59,740 nucleotides of DNA from an uncultured Candidatus Bathyarchaeia archaeon (GCA_964611975.1 CAZTBK010000001.1:1-59740); one strand, 5' to 3'; positions 19,701-29,785 are shown, numbered from the stretch's first letter. The notes: generated by a model from the letters alone, not told the origin. Program-made: numbers and translations.

Positions 19701-19802
19701 GTTGGGTATATCTTCAGGAGGCCGGTTGGCAGTCTATTTAGAAAGGCTCGATCGTTGAAAGGCATAAAGGGCTTAAAATCAAGGGGCGCAATGCAAGTAT
19801 GA
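16746..19802 (+). CDS. Large extracytoplasmic GH15-like (alpha/alpha)6-barrel protein with C-terminal beta-sandwich domain and TM anchor
   Basis: Signal peptide MPILLMLLLALSLFSSSFASVKA at ATG 16746 (the ORF track starts at GTG 16686). VWIRDLIF, NPDGSF and DETDQTALYVYG strings recall glucoamylase-type barrels. Has a CarboxypepD_reg-like segment, then a TM helix. Confidence 0.6.
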   Translation: MPILLMLLLALSLFSSSFASVKAAAEEGMENAKQGFSNVDTPAFIVANGKSFAVLHRVWSPKLKNWGTWELAEFCPYSRMRLGKDFETWGYAYSVSEAYFGVRYTRDGITFFEWSNDFPNIEYADYEPKAPVVNINMSAPVDPEIRLSWVFFASEEDDGVVWGAEVTNLASSRLSDVKLYFNFDALINNKRSDFVWHEDKLAYTIERRELGIYVGISSWTPPDVHHHGLNTKQMIYNDALRNTTGRANVDSCGFEWTLGTLQPNESSKKVFLFITLGNDAEDVLRKVQEAKRKPPSQHLEFTRDFWSEWLGKASFESPDPYLNRMFDLSLMFSLMGIHRPSGAVIACMDGAHWMRWGGERPYSRWEFHPYYLHVWIRDLIFFSMEFDLLGYVEEARNALLFARNVQNPDGSFYTNYEVDGSVANTAPDETDQTALYVYGLYLHYCATGNMSFLEETWESIRRACVFLMSRQSSKGLIYGQASIHEWPGVSEGYEAWTQACGYAALKSGARMALVLGHLSEASEWEDAAERLRIGTCVHLWNSTMGSFCQRLFNGKQFMWADVKMLAPSLFFIPILNASDPKMMRTYDFLVQRLDDPYIGGIWRYERDAGEPTVPEKYNGGYGPWFIYTCWSALNRMAAGRVDEALKWIDWCKTHATAQGLFSEHISTSEWHYLFQNPANATRSYYGIGTFGGWFALTLASLFIKLTDHSGLTLRPIIPSYWDSMNLTFMYRGTTFTLNVRGHGFIDEIAIDDRLVQSLRIPSEFCDKGRHVVSISLNPSLKSPYIEDAPLLNIRYSSYNSEYDALNLELDAPYLSDQSIRAVSAEEPIVVYVNGIPSPQSKSLNILFHHVGWTYNETERRLYLKVRGSANPLNVTMMFGHSLDVKIVDHYDGALGGSIVTVYWLNGTRIRSQQTDDEGMAHFHHLRGGIYKIRAEYKGIHYESTVAVEAPIVKFTAKLEIIGFLFGMPVTKLAADFMLIIMMTFVVGYIFRRPVGSLFRKARSLKGIKGLKSRGAMQV

Positions 19803-21988
19803 TTAATAAGATCCAAGATAAGAGGTGGACGCTTGCATTCTTTGGTATAGCGATCTTGAACTTATTCTTCACTTACCCTCGACTGCGCAGCGGCGTCCCT
19901 ATGGGGGAGGACTCAACTAGTCATCTTTTTCAAGTGTTATACCTTTATAACAGCTATAGGTCAAGCCAAAGACTGCCTCTCTGGTGTAGTGAGTGGTATT
20001 GCGGTTTTCCGTTCTTGCTCTTCTACCCTCCTCTGAGCTATTTTTTTACATTCATTATATCCATGATGGGGATACAACCCATTCTTTCATATAAGATCAT
20101 AGAATCTTTCTTCTATATCATAGCACCCTTTGCCCTCTATTTCTTGGCCAGAACATTAAATCTCACCAAGCGCGAGGCCTTTGTTGCTGCCTTGGCTTTC
20201 AGCCTAACACCAGGCGTAGTTACGAACTTCATCTTCTGGGACAGATATCCAACGATAGTGGCCACTCCTTTACTTATACTACTATCAGCCTTCATCATAC
20301 GTTACCTAAGAAGTGGGAGGGACACCGATTTTATCATGGTCAGCCTCACATTTAGTTTCCTCCTCCTAATCCACCATTATTCCGCCTACTGCTCAATTAT
20401 AGCGGCCACTATCCTCAGCATAACTTACCTCACCATAAAGAAGGAGTGGCTAACCCTCAAAAGAGCACTTAAATTAGTGGCCTTTACTGGGATGACGTCC
20501 TTTTCTGTTGCGCTTTTCTGGGTTTTACCGTTCCTAAACTTCAGAAGCTACCTCTCAAATAACCCGTTTACCAACGGAGATGTGTGGGACAACTATCTGC
20601 CGCCAGAGCACTGGGATCTAATGCTATATAAACTTCACTATCTAGGCCTGGTTCAATGGCTACTCGCAACTTACACCTTTTCCTATTTTACGGCCTGTCG
20701 GATAGATGATGGACAAAAATCCCTGAGGGCGAAGCTAATTTGCGGAATACCGTCCTTGTTCTTCTTGTCAGCTATTTTCATCCAGCCTTTTTACATCAAC
20801 TTTGAGCCAGCGGAGCTGCTCCTTTTAGCGTTAGTCTCAACTATCGTTCCGATCCTTCTCATCTCATCCATTAAGAAGGTGGCAAAGGAGGAGGGGGCTC
20901 AATTCATAATGCCCGCTGTCTGGTTTTTCCTCTTCGCATGGTTAAGCTTCGGGAGCCATGCGTTACTCTTCAAGCTTGTACCTTACTGGGAACGGTTAGA
21001 TACGTATCGTTTTTCCCTCTATGCATGCATTCCTGAATGCATTCTTATCGGTAAACTCAGCTCTCTGATCTCCTCCTCAAACATGCCAGAGCCGTCCAAT
21101 GGAGGAGGACCACCCAGGTTTTCTTTCCCATCGAAAAGAGCTTCGACCTTTTTTGTGATCTTACTGCTTGTAGCAAACCTCTACATAGGATTCACGAAGT
21201 ACAATGATTTCACCTATAGGTACAACGACGTAATCTCAGAAGGTTTAGTGGAGTATTTTAAATCTCAAGAAGATCATGCGAGGATATTGGCCATCGAGTG
21301 CCCTGACTGGATTTATTTACTTCCAACATACACCGGAAAACCCCTCCTCGACGGTTGGTATCCGCAGGCCAAGATCCTGCCCCTTCTAGTCAATATAGAT
21401 GATTATAAGCTAAACGAGCTGACCAAGACTTACCGTGCTGGTGGAGACGAGGCGAGGATCAAGCTTTGGAGAGCAGTAATCTCGAACTATTCTTTACTAG
21501 GTGTCGAGTGGGTAGTCCTCCCAGAGGAAAATAGGACGCTCAATGCCGTACTCTTGGGGGATAACAAAGATTTTTACGTGGACGGAAGAATAGATGGTTT
21601 TATAATATACAAAGCGGTAAAGTCCCAATCCCTGGTACAGGCTGAGTCAAAAATACTTGAGGCATCTTGGCGGCCCGATAAAATAACGATCATCGTAGAA
21701 ACAAACAGAAGCACGTCTATCACGGTTAAGGAGGCATATTTCCCGGAGTGGACGGCTAAGGCAAATGCGAGTTTATGCGAGATGTCCAAGGACGATAATG
21801 GTTTTATCAAAATCCTAGTTACGCCGATGATAAACTCACGAAAATACAGAGTAGAGCTTACGTATGAAAGACCATATCAAGGCTACCTATATATACTTTC
21901 AGCCCTCACATTTTTCCCCCTCGTGGTGGGTTACATCAGGTCCGCTTGGAGGGAGAGGAGAAAGTGGCGCTTAAAAAACGGGACATAA
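19799..21988 (+). CDS. Polytopic membrane protein, GT-C-fold-like glycosyltransferase candidate with C-terminal soluble domain
   Basis: At least 12 hydrophobic segments, an acidic first loop (GEDSTSH) and an about 250-aa C-terminal globular part. ATGA overlap with the upstream gene. Confidence 0.5.
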   Translation: MINKIQDKRWTLAFFGIAILNLFFTYPRLRSGVPMGEDSTSHLFQVLYLYNSYRSSQRLPLWCSEWYCGFPFLLFYPPLSYFFTFIISMMGIQPILSYKIIESFFYIIAPFALYFLARTLNLTKREAFVAALAFSLTPGVVTNFIFWDRYPTIVATPLLILLSAFIIRYLRSGRDTDFIMVSLTFSFLLLIHHYSAYCSIIAATILSITYLTIKKEWLTLKRALKLVAFTGMTSFSVALFWVLPFLNFRSYLSNNPFTNGDVWDNYLPPEHWDLMLYKLHYLGLVQWLLATYTFSYFTACRIDDGQKSLRAKLICGIPSLFFLSAIFIQPFYINFEPAELLLLALVSTIVPILLISSIKKVAKEEGAQFIMPAVWFFLFAWLSFGSHALLFKLVPYWERLDTYRFSLYACIPECILIGKLSSLISSSNMPEPSNGGGPPRFSFPSKRASTFFVILLLVANLYIGFTKYNDFTYRYNDVISEGLVEYFKSQEDHARILAIECPDWIYLLPTYTGKPLLDGWYPQAKILPLLVNIDDYKLNELTKTYRAGGDEARIKLWRAVISNYSLLGVEWVVLPEENRTLNAVLLGDNKDFYVDGRIDGFIIYKAVKSQSLVQAESKILEASWRPDKITIIVETNRSTSITVKEAYFPEWTAKANASLCEMSKDDNGFIKILVTPMINSRKYRVELTYERPYQGYLYILSALTFFPLVVGYIRSAWRERRKWRLKNGT

Positions 21989-24333
21989 TGACAGCCTTAT
22001 TAATCCTCTCCCTGATCTCCTCATCTGTCTTATTCTATCAAGTGTACTTACGCGTCCCTTATAAGGCAAGAAGGACGATCCAAGCGTTATGTCAAAGGCC
22101 TTTAAAAGAGCTTACCGTGACCTCTTGGATGGTACATGGACGTACATACATCCGATATTCAAGCGATGATTTTGTGCCATTGACCCCCTTCATAGGACAT
22201 TATTACCCTTTAGGAGGGTGGATGAGGTGGGTGAGCAAAGACTCAAAGGTCCTCCTCAAGAAGTACTACACGATCACGCCTAACGAAGAGGCGGTTTTAT
22301 GTTTCACATGGGTTGAATGCCAGTTTCAGGCCAGCATCATCGACTATGAAGACTATGGCGATGAGGTAATTAGACTATGGGATGCTGAGGGGGTCTTCGT
22401 CACCATATGGGGGCCAAAGACGACCGACGTTTTGGGCTTCATGCGACTGGTCTTAGATCACTTAAAATCCTATTTAAACGAAAAATGGAACAGCCCATAT
22501 CTCTTCTCGGATACCATCGAAAATATCAAATCTAGAATGCTGACGCCGAATGGTTACATAGAGGTCTATCAAAAAATACCAAACTTCTGGTCCGACGATA
22601 CAGGGAAACTTATCGACGCTTTAATTGAGTACTACGATAAAACAGCTGACCCCTCAGCCTTAGATATGATCTGGCGTGGGGATAACTTCCTCTTCGCTGC
22701 CCAGAATGAGCTAGGTCACTTCTGGGCTAGGAAATATCTTGGGCCTGCGTACATCAGCACAGAGCACGAATATGGAAAAATGATAAGTGCCAGAAACTGG
22801 TTGATAGAGTTCAACTTTCTCAATGAGCCCCCTTACTTCAAGAGGGATGGATGCGATTGTGAGTTTAGATTGGAACCAGAAATCTTGCTCCTCCCGAGGG
22901 TCGAGATAAAACCAAGAAATGCCACATCTTACCGAACCAAATTTCTAAAGGACTATCATAGGAGGTCTATAACGGTAGTAGAACAGACAGAGGAGAACGT
23001 AACCATCTGTCTGAGGTATGAGGACCCCGACTTTCCAACTTTTTCCATATATGTATCTCTGCTGAGGTCTGAGCCGGGTGCAAAGATCTGGTTCAAGTAT
23101 CTTTCAGCGTCCGATCTGGAAAACCTGATTTTTTGGTACGGATTCGAGCCACTTGAGGACTTCTGGCTCAAGAATGGGGGGAGTGGCATTGGCCCAAGGT
23201 ACTGCTATGCTCAAGGTAAAGTCATCAGGAGGAATGACCAGGATCCAATGTTAATCACGGGTGATGACGTGAGTTCCTTAGTACTCTTTGACAACACGAC
23301 AGGCCTTCGAGGCAGGATGATCCTCCTGGCCTTTAAGGATAGGCCTGACTCTATTTACGATTGCTTCTCTCACGGCGATAGCGATGAAGACAACATCGAA
23401 GAGTTTCATCATTTGGGTTTAAGATACGAGGTGGGTTCAACGGAGATTGGATCAGGCGGAACGACAGGGAGGATTTTCCTCGTACCACTTTACGACGTTG
23501 ATGTCTGGCGATGGGAGGAGACCATCAAAAAAATCTGCTCCAGGATCACGAGCAATCTTCTCGAATCTGGACGTTCTGGGTTCTATGGCTTCGAACTCTC
23601 TGACGTCCGCAACCAAGCCCCAATAATAGAGTCGCTATTAAACTCGGCTATCTTCTGGGCAAAAACGCCTTATGGTTACCGTAGCAACGTTTGTTCGGAG
23701 GTCGGCAAGCTCGGACTCGATTCTTACCTGAAGACCATCACCTTAGGCCGTCTTCTAAGCGGGTATGAGATCGGGTATCTCTCAATCGCTTGCAGCCACG
23801 CCTATCATTTAACTGGTAATGAGAGTTACAGGGTTTGGCAGAGGCGACTGAGCGATCAGATAATCGCCCAACAGATCTTAGACCCAAATGACTGCCGTTA
23901 TGGTGGGTATATCGACGGGCAAGTATCCCCGTCTTGTCATCTCGATGTCGCGGCCATCTTCCTCATCGCTTTAAAGCGCTCTTATGAGGATTTTGGAGAT
24001 TGGGTCTACTTTGAAAGCGCCAAGAGATGTATAGAAAACTGGGTACATATAGACAGTGAGCAGGGCGCTTGGGGTTATTCTGATCGCGCGCATAGCATAG
24101 ATGGTAAGGGACAGACCAGTAAACAGGGCATTCTAATAAAAGCCCTCACAGAGTGGGGTTACATAGATCTGGCTAAAGAGATCTCGGAGTTCTTCTTTGA
24201 ACACCCGGTTCCACCCTATGGTCTAGCTCCAGTTGCACCGACATCTGATGATCCTTGGGGGGCCTCTTGGGACATAAACTCTGAAACATTGGCATGGTCA
24301 TTAAGTGGTCTTATTAGCTTGATGGAGCTATGA
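21988..24333 (+). CDS. Large N-terminally anchored hypothetical protein (about 780 aa)
   Basis: TAATG overlap with the upstream stop. Single N-terminal TM (TALLILSLISSSVLFY). No confident family. The C-terminal third is helix-repeat-like. Confidence 0.55.
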   Translation: MTALLILSLISSSVLFYQVYLRVPYKARRTIQALCQRPLKELTVTSWMVHGRTYIRYSSDDFVPLTPFIGHYYPLGGWMRWVSKDSKVLLKKYYTITPNEEAVLCFTWVECQFQASIIDYEDYGDEVIRLWDAEGVFVTIWGPKTTDVLGFMRLVLDHLKSYLNEKWNSPYLFSDTIENIKSRMLTPNGYIEVYQKIPNFWSDDTGKLIDALIEYYDKTADPSALDMIWRGDNFLFAAQNELGHFWARKYLGPAYISTEHEYGKMISARNWLIEFNFLNEPPYFKRDGCDCEFRLEPEILLLPRVEIKPRNATSYRTKFLKDYHRRSITVVEQTEENVTICLRYEDPDFPTFSIYVSLLRSEPGAKIWFKYLSASDLENLIFWYGFEPLEDFWLKNGGSGIGPRYCYAQGKVIRRNDQDPMLITGDDVSSLVLFDNTTGLRGRMILLAFKDRPDSIYDCFSHGDSDEDNIEEFHHLGLRYEVGSTEIGSGGTTGRIFLVPLYDVDVWRWEETIKKICSRITSNLLESGRSGFYGFELSDVRNQAPIIESLLNSAIFWAKTPYGYRSNVCSEVGKLGLDSYLKTITLGRLLSGYEIGYLSIACSHAYHLTGNESYRVWQRRLSDQIIAQQILDPNDCRYGGYIDGQVSPSCHLDVAAIFLIALKRSYEDFGDWVYFESAKRCIENWVHIDSEQGAWGYSDRAHSIDGKGQTSKQGILIKALTEWGYIDLAKEISEFFFEHPVPPYGLAPVAPTSDDPWGASWDINSETLAWSLSGLISLMEL

Positions 24334-24582
24334 TATTTACATTTCTCCAATAAAGACTTAAGATCAGACCCCGATGTTGGAGGGATAAAGGTACAAGGAT
24401 TGAGCATCTCCTTATATGTAAGGAGACCGCGATGTAATGCATCACTCTTCATGTGTCGCTAGCATTCAATAACTTAGTTCTGCCCTCTTAAGTGCCACAT
24501 ATACACATGCTGTTGACTTTCTTAAACGCTTTTTTATCAGAAACATCTCTTAAAATTAGCTTCAGATAAAGAAGGCATAAAA

Positions 24583-25878
24583 ATGTTCAAGAGGGTTTTT
24601 CAGAAGTGGAACATCATCCTTGCGGGGTTAGCTATTCGCCTATGTATTGCCCCTTTCACCGGTCATCCATGCGACATGCCTCTCTGGGGGACTTTTGGTA
24701 AAGCAATCTTGGTGGAGCATGCAAATCCATACGCTACCTTTCCCTATCCTCCGCCTTGGATCCTCATAACCGGATTTACGTATGGCATATATCTACTTCT
24801 CCCAAGCGAGCCATTCCTAAACTTCATCTTGAAGCTCCCAATAATCTTGGGAGACATATTACTGGGGATAACGCTTCATGCCATTGTCCAAGATTTATCT
24901 AGCAGCCGAAAAAAAGCAAATTATGCTACTGCACTTTTTCTGCTGAATCCATACGTAATCTGGATATCGAGCGTATGGGGCATGTTTGATGCTCTTCCAG
25001 CCCTATGCACTCTTCTGGCTCTCAGATCCTTCTTGAAGGGCAACGAAAAAGTCAGCGCCCTATTCCTAGGACTTGGAATCGCGTTTAAATATTATCCCAT
25101 TCTTCTGTTACCAGTGTTCCTGATATTGGGATGGAAACGGGAGAGAAAAATCGACTTCATCTTAAGATACGCTCTTTATGCTGGTCTACCTCTGATAGTA
25201 ACCTCAACCCCATTTTTGATCCTTGATTGGCAAAGCTATCTTCGACAGATCTTTTCAGCCCCATTGATGACCCATAAATGGTGGAGTATTCCAGCATCCT
25301 ACTTGGCATCTATCTACCTTCTAGAGTACATCTCACCAGACCTATTTAGTCAGCTGACATCTAACTTTTGGTGGTCAAATGCCTTGAGCTACGGCATTTT
25401 TTCGATATTGTATATCTTTGTGATGTTGAGGCTATACCATGAGGATGAGCAATCGATCTCTAAGTTTCTAAATAACGGAATCATGGCAGTCCTTCTTGTA
25501 ACCCTTCTGAGTTCAAAAATAGTTTGCGAACAATACTTTCAGTGGATCGTCCCTTTCATGATAATTGATTTTTCAGTATTCACCAGTGAAAACAAGTCTT
25601 TCTTCGATATCCTCTGGCCATCGTTCTTCGCCTTTTTCTCCATAAATGTCCCCATATATAATTTCTTTCCAGATGTACAAAAGAGGACTTATAATTACAT
25701 GGGCTTCCTTGCTCCCTTAGTTGATTTTTATGAGATGAGCGTCCCTGACGTTTTCAAGAGAACGGCCCTCTTTTTGCTTGGCCTAACTATAAGCGTGACC
25801 TTTGCACTCTACCTCAAAAAAATTCTGGGCAATACTCTTTCAAAGATTGAGGAGCAACCTAACAGAGTTTTTAGCTAG
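24583..25878 (+). CDS. Polytopic GT-C-like glycosyltransferase (DUF2029/GT87-like)
   Basis: More than 10 TM segments, N-terminal RL.IAPFTGHP.D loop, FKYYP motif. Confidence 0.55.
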   Translation: MFKRVFQKWNIILAGLAIRLCIAPFTGHPCDMPLWGTFGKAILVEHANPYATFPYPPPWILITGFTYGIYLLLPSEPFLNFILKLPIILGDILLGITLHAIVQDLSSSRKKANYATALFLLNPYVIWISSVWGMFDALPALCTLLALRSFLKGNEKVSALFLGLGIAFKYYPILLLPVFLILGWKRERKIDFILRYALYAGLPLIVTSTPFLILDWQSYLRQIFSAPLMTHKWWSIPASYLASIYLLEYISPDLFSQLTSNFWWSNALSYGIFSILYIFVMLRLYHEDEQSISKFLNNGIMAVLLVTLLSSKIVCEQYFQWIVPFMIIDFSVFTSENKSFFDILWPSFFAFFSINVPIYNFFPDVQKRTYNYMGFLAPLVDFYEMSVPDVFKRTALFLLGLTISVTFALYLKKILGNTLSKIEEQPNRVFS

Positions 25879-27224
25879 TCGCTCCTTTGTCGCCGTTTCG
25901 GTCCTACACCAATAGCAAAGTACCTTAATTTCTCTGAGAACTCTGATGGGTCATAAATTCTTCTTCCATCCACGACCAAGGGCGTTTTCATGTATTTCAT
26001 AAAGGTGCTTGGCCTTAAATTCTTGAACTCATCCCATTCTGTGAGGACCATACAGCAATCGGCGCCTCTTAAGCACTCGATCGACGAGCGCGCGAAGTCT
26101 ACCCTTCCGTTGAAGATGCTTTTCGCTTTTTCAATGGCCATCGGGTCATAAGCGCATATCGAGGCCCCCCCTCTCAGGAGGAGGTTTATTATGCGGATCG
26201 ACGGGGCCTCACGCACGTCATCCGTGTTAGGCTTAAAGGATAGACCTAAGATGGCTACCCTCTTTCCCTTAAGATCGCCGAGCCCTCGTCTCGCTAGCTC
26301 AACGATCCTCATCGCTTGCCTCTCGTTCACCTCAAGAACCGCCTCTAACAGAGAGGGATTGTACCCTAACCTCTTAGAGAAAGCGATCAGGGCCCTTAAG
26401 TCCTTCGGAAAACACGATCCACCAAATCCGCATCCCGCCTCTAAGAAAAGCGGGCTGATCCTATGATCCATACCGACGGCCTTAGCTACCTGAGTTACGT
26501 TAAGATTCGGCACCCCCTCACAGATGCTGGCTATGGAGTTGATGAATGAGACCTTCGTAGCTAAGAAGGCATTAGTAGCGTATTTTACCATCTCAGCCGA
26601 CGCGAGGCCCATCCTTAAAATATGCGGACGACCACTGTAAAAACCGTGATAAAAAGTCTCTAAGGTCTTCCCAGACCTCTCATCATATTCGCCGATGATC
26701 ACCCTGTCTGGTTCTAAGATGTCGTGGATTGCGGATCCCTCACGCATGAATTCCGGGTTCATGCATAAACCGTAATTCTCACCAACTTTTTTCCCTGAGG
26801 CCCCCTCCAATATGGGCTTAACGACGTATTCGGTAGTGCCTGGAGGGACGGTGCTCTTCACGACGACTAGATGATATCCATCCTTCTCGCGTAGTGCCCT
26901 TCCAATCTCCTCCGCTGAGCCCCTAATGTACTGCAGGTCTGCGGTACCATCCGGCTTACTCGGCGTCCCCACGGTGATAAAAGTTATATCTGAGTTTAGT
27001 ACGGCTTTTTCGCGATCAGACGTCGCTAGCAGGTCGCCGCTTCTGACCGCTTTCATGAGAAGTTCGCTTAGATGGGGCTCATAGAAGGGTGGGTGGCCGC
27101 TTTGGATCAATTTAATCCTATCTTTTTTGAGGTCCGATATGGTGGTTTTGTAGCCCTTATTCGCAAGACATACAGCAGTACATAAGCCAACATAGCCCGC
27201 CCCGATGATTGAGGTTTTATACAT
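25875..27224 (-). CDS. ugd: UDP-glucose 6-dehydrogenase
   Basis: IIGAGYVGL and catalytic GFGGSCFPKD motifs. 449 aa. Confidence 0.9.
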   Translation of the reverse strand: MYKTSIIGAGYVGLCTAVCLANKGYKTTISDLKKDRIKLIQSGHPPFYEPHLSELLMKAVRSGDLLATSDREKAVLNSDITFITVGTPSKPDGTADLQYIRGSAEEIGRALREKDGYHLVVVKSTVPPGTTEYVVKPILEGASGKKVGENYGLCMNPEFMREGSAIHDILEPDRVIIGEYDERSGKTLETFYHGFYSGRPHILRMGLASAEMVKYATNAFLATKVSFINSIASICEGVPNLNVTQVAKAVGMDHRISPLFLEAGCGFGGSCFPKDLRALIAFSKRLGYNPSLLEAVLEVNERQAMRIVELARRGLGDLKGKRVAILGLSFKPNTDDVREAPSIRIINLLLRGGASICAYDPMAIEKAKSIFNGRVDFARSSIECLRGADCCMVLTEWDEFKNLRPSTFMKYMKTPLVVDGRRIYDPSEFSEKLRYFAIGVGPKRRQRSD

Positions 27225-27343
27225 TTTTTGCCCTCTATGTAAATTAGGTACCCTTCATTTATGAATGTAAAGAAATCAAATATATTGGCTGCAGAAGTTT
27301 ACTTTCCTTTAAACTATTAAGGATCAGAAAACTCAATGTTCAT

Positions 27344-28519
27344 TTGCACAGATCCTTTAATAACCCCAAACTGGTGGGAACGATTACGAAGATTTGCATG
27401 ATAACAACGTGTTACGCTCCATCTAGGGGAGGGGTCGAGAGGAGTGTAAATAAACTTACAGAACAGCTATTGAAAAGAGGCCATCATGTTCACATCATAA
27501 CTTCTAGTCGTGGATTGGATCCAACGAGGTTTTATCATGAGAAACGAGGTAACTTGGAGGTCACAAGATATCCTGAAACGCGCTTTCTTTTCGATTGCCC
27601 AATAAACCCGAGGATTGCGGCGCACGTCCTGAAATGTAATTATGATGTGCTCCATGTTCACGGGATCACCCCGACAATAACCGACCTAGCCATACTCTTC
27701 GGTAAAATGAAGAGGAAGCCCATCATCCTCACCTATCATTACAGCCCCATGCCTGATTATGGAAGAGGCTGTGGACGTTTCCTAAGCAAACTTTACATGA
27801 AAATTATAGACCGCTTCATAGTCAATCTCACGGATGGAGTTGTTACGACAACCAGATCGTTCACCGAGGCCAATCCGACCCTTAGAAAACTCTTGAAAAG
27901 GGTCACAATTATCCCTTGGGGAGTAGATACCTCAACAAAGGAGGCATTGCTGAACGATTTGGGTACTAAGTCCAAAGTGAACGTGCTTTTTGTTGGTCAG
28001 TTAAAAAAATACAAGGGGATAAGGTATCTCCTTGAGGCCGTTAAGTCCCTTTCCGATGAGGGGATTTATTTAAACCTCACCATAGTTGGTGGAGGGCCGG
28101 AGGAAAAAACATTGAAGGCTTACTCGAGAGCTTTGGGAATTAGTGTGAAATTCACAGGCATCGTTTCAGACGAGGCGCTTCACTTCTACTACTCTAATAG
28201 TGATATTTTTGTTTTGCCCTCGGTAAGTGGAAGAGAGGGGTTTGGGTTGGTCATACTGGAAGCCATGTCTTACGGGAAGCCAGCAATCGTAACAGACCTT
28301 CCAGGACCGAACGAGCTAGTGAAGGATGGCTATAATGGGATACTTGTGCCGCCAAGAGATCCAGAGGCCATAGCAAGAGCCATCAAAAAACTAGCTTTAG
28401 ACCCGGAGCTTCGGCGCGCCCTTTCCCTCAATGCATTAAAGACGGCCAGGAGGTTCTCTTGGGAAACGGTCGGAGCGAGATACGAGAACATCTACAATAC
28501 TGTCCTTTGTCGATCATAA
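27344..28519 (+). CDS. GT4-family (GT-B) glycosyltransferase
   Basis: EGFGLVILEAMSYGKPAIVTD (E-x7-E motif). ORF-track start is TTG; the true start is possibly GTG 27374 or ATG 27398. Confidence 0.85.
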   Translation: MHRSFNNPKLVGTITKICMITTCYAPSRGGVERSVNKLTEQLLKRGHHVHIITSSRGLDPTRFYHEKRGNLEVTRYPETRFLFDCPINPRIAAHVLKCNYDVLHVHGITPTITDLAILFGKMKRKPIILTYHYSPMPDYGRGCGRFLSKLYMKIIDRFIVNLTDGVVTTTRSFTEANPTLRKLLKRVTIIPWGVDTSTKEALLNDLGTKSKVNVLFVGQLKKYKGIRYLLEAVKSLSDEGIYLNLTIVGGGPEEKTLKAYSRALGISVKFTGIVSDEALHFYYSNSDIFVLPSVSGREGFGLVILEAMSYGKPAIVTDLPGPNELVKDGYNGILVPPRDPEAIARAIKKLALDPELRRALSLNALKTARRFSWETVGARYENIYNTVLCRS

Positions 28520-28525
28520 GCGTAC

Positions 28526-29785
28526 ATGAATGACGTGATTTACAGTTGGGCGATCCCTTTGGACAAAATATGCGTCTTCAGCCATAAGACGTTTATTCCA
28601 CCCACTTCAGGGCATAACATAACCTTATTTAACACGCTTAGCGGTCTTGTGAAAGAGGGGATTATCGTAGACTTTTACACTTATGGCCAAAAAAACATGG
28701 ATTTTCAGTATAATGGAATAAACGTACATGTTTATCCATTCCCGCCCCTCGCCAGATTCCTGTTCCAAAACAGGTTTTTCAAGAGGATCATGGATCGTAT
28801 GCAGAGCTCTGAGGCGCATTTATGCCTATCGTCTTTAGCCCCTCATCTCGTTTCCTTTGCGAGCAAAGAGATGAGGAGAAGCGACCTCATCTTTTTGGAG
28901 CATATCTGGTCCAGCCTCTTTCCACTTCTATATGCCAAGATCTTCAGGAGGCCTGTAGTCATCGTTGATCATAACGCTGAGGTGGTTCTGTCCAGACGCT
29001 TCCTGAAGATGCGTACATCCAAGTTAACAAAGTTTCTGTTATTTCTAAGGCTCGTGTACACCTTCCTACTGGAAAAGTTCGTATGTTCATTAGCAGATAG
29101 GGTCTTTGTAACTTCGTATAACGACAAGTTAGCAATTAATAAATACCTTGGGATCCCTGTTTGCAAGATAGACGTCTTTCCACCTTGTGTGAACACCTCA
29201 CGCATAAAGGGCGATAAAAGTCAAGGTCGGCTCCTCAGGGCAAAACTGAACATCTCGAGGCAAGACCTGGTTGTTTGTTTCTTAGGGGATATGACGACCG
29301 TCCCAAACTATATGTCCGCCAAATACATAACTGAACGCCTTTTTCCAGAGGTATCAACAAAGATCCCGGGAATGCGTTTTCTGATGGTGGGTCGTTACAG
29401 GAAATCTTCTAGATTTCCAACTAACCCTAAGATAATTTTCACCGGTGAGGTGAAGGACTTAACACCCTTCCTAAGCGCAGCGGACATATGTATAGCTCCC
29501 TTAACTTTGGGTTCGGGGATCAAACTCAAAATCTTAACGTACTTCTCATTCGGCAAACCCGTCATATCTACGCCCACTGGTATGGAGGGCATAGGCGCGA
29601 GGGATGGAAAGGAGGCGATCATTAGCAGTTTGGAGGGTTTTACGAGGGAGATAGTGAGGTTAGCCTCGGATCCTGAATTAAGGTCCAGGCTGGGAAGGGA
29701 AGGACGTAAGTTCGTGGAGGAGAACTACGATCAAGACGTGATCACTAAGCGTTTGATAAGGACTTTGAGGAGGATAACCCATTGA
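28526..29785 (+). CDS. GT4-like (GT-B) glycosyltransferase, divergent
   Basis: C-terminal GSGIKLKILTYFSFGKPVISTP nucleotide-sugar binding pattern. Confidence 0.7.
   Translation: MNDVIYSWAIPLDKICVFSHKTFIPPTSGHNITLFNTLSGLVKEGIIVDFYTYGQKNMDFQYNGINVHVYPFPPLARFLFQNRFFKRIMDRMQSSEAHLCLSSLAPHLVSFASKEMRRSDLIFLEHIWSSLFPLLYAKIFRRPVVIVDHNAEVVLSRRFLKMRTSKLTKFLLFLRLVYTFLLEKFVCSLADRVFVTSYNDKLAINKYLGIPVCKIDVFPPCVNTSRIKGDKSQGRLLRAKLNISRQDLVVCFLGDMTTVPNYMSAKYITERLFPEVSTKIPGMRFLMVGRYRKSSRFPTNPKIIFTGEVKDLTPFLSAADICIAPLTLGSGIKLKILTYFSFGKPVISTPTGMEGIGARDGKEAIISSLEGFTREIVRLASDPELRSRLGREGRKFVEENYDQDVITKRLIRTLRRITH

Noticed and set aside
19799-21988. Oligosaccharyltransferase AglB/STT3
   Set aside because: It is polytopic with a C-terminal soluble domain, but it lacks the WWDYG motif and the DK/MI motifs expected for AglB.
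24407-24426. Hairpin TCTCCTTA-TATG-TAAGGAGA as a terminator for the large glycan operon
   Set aside because: The inverted repeat is real, but no T-tract follows it and it lies 74 nt past the stop codon. A terminator function is not supported.
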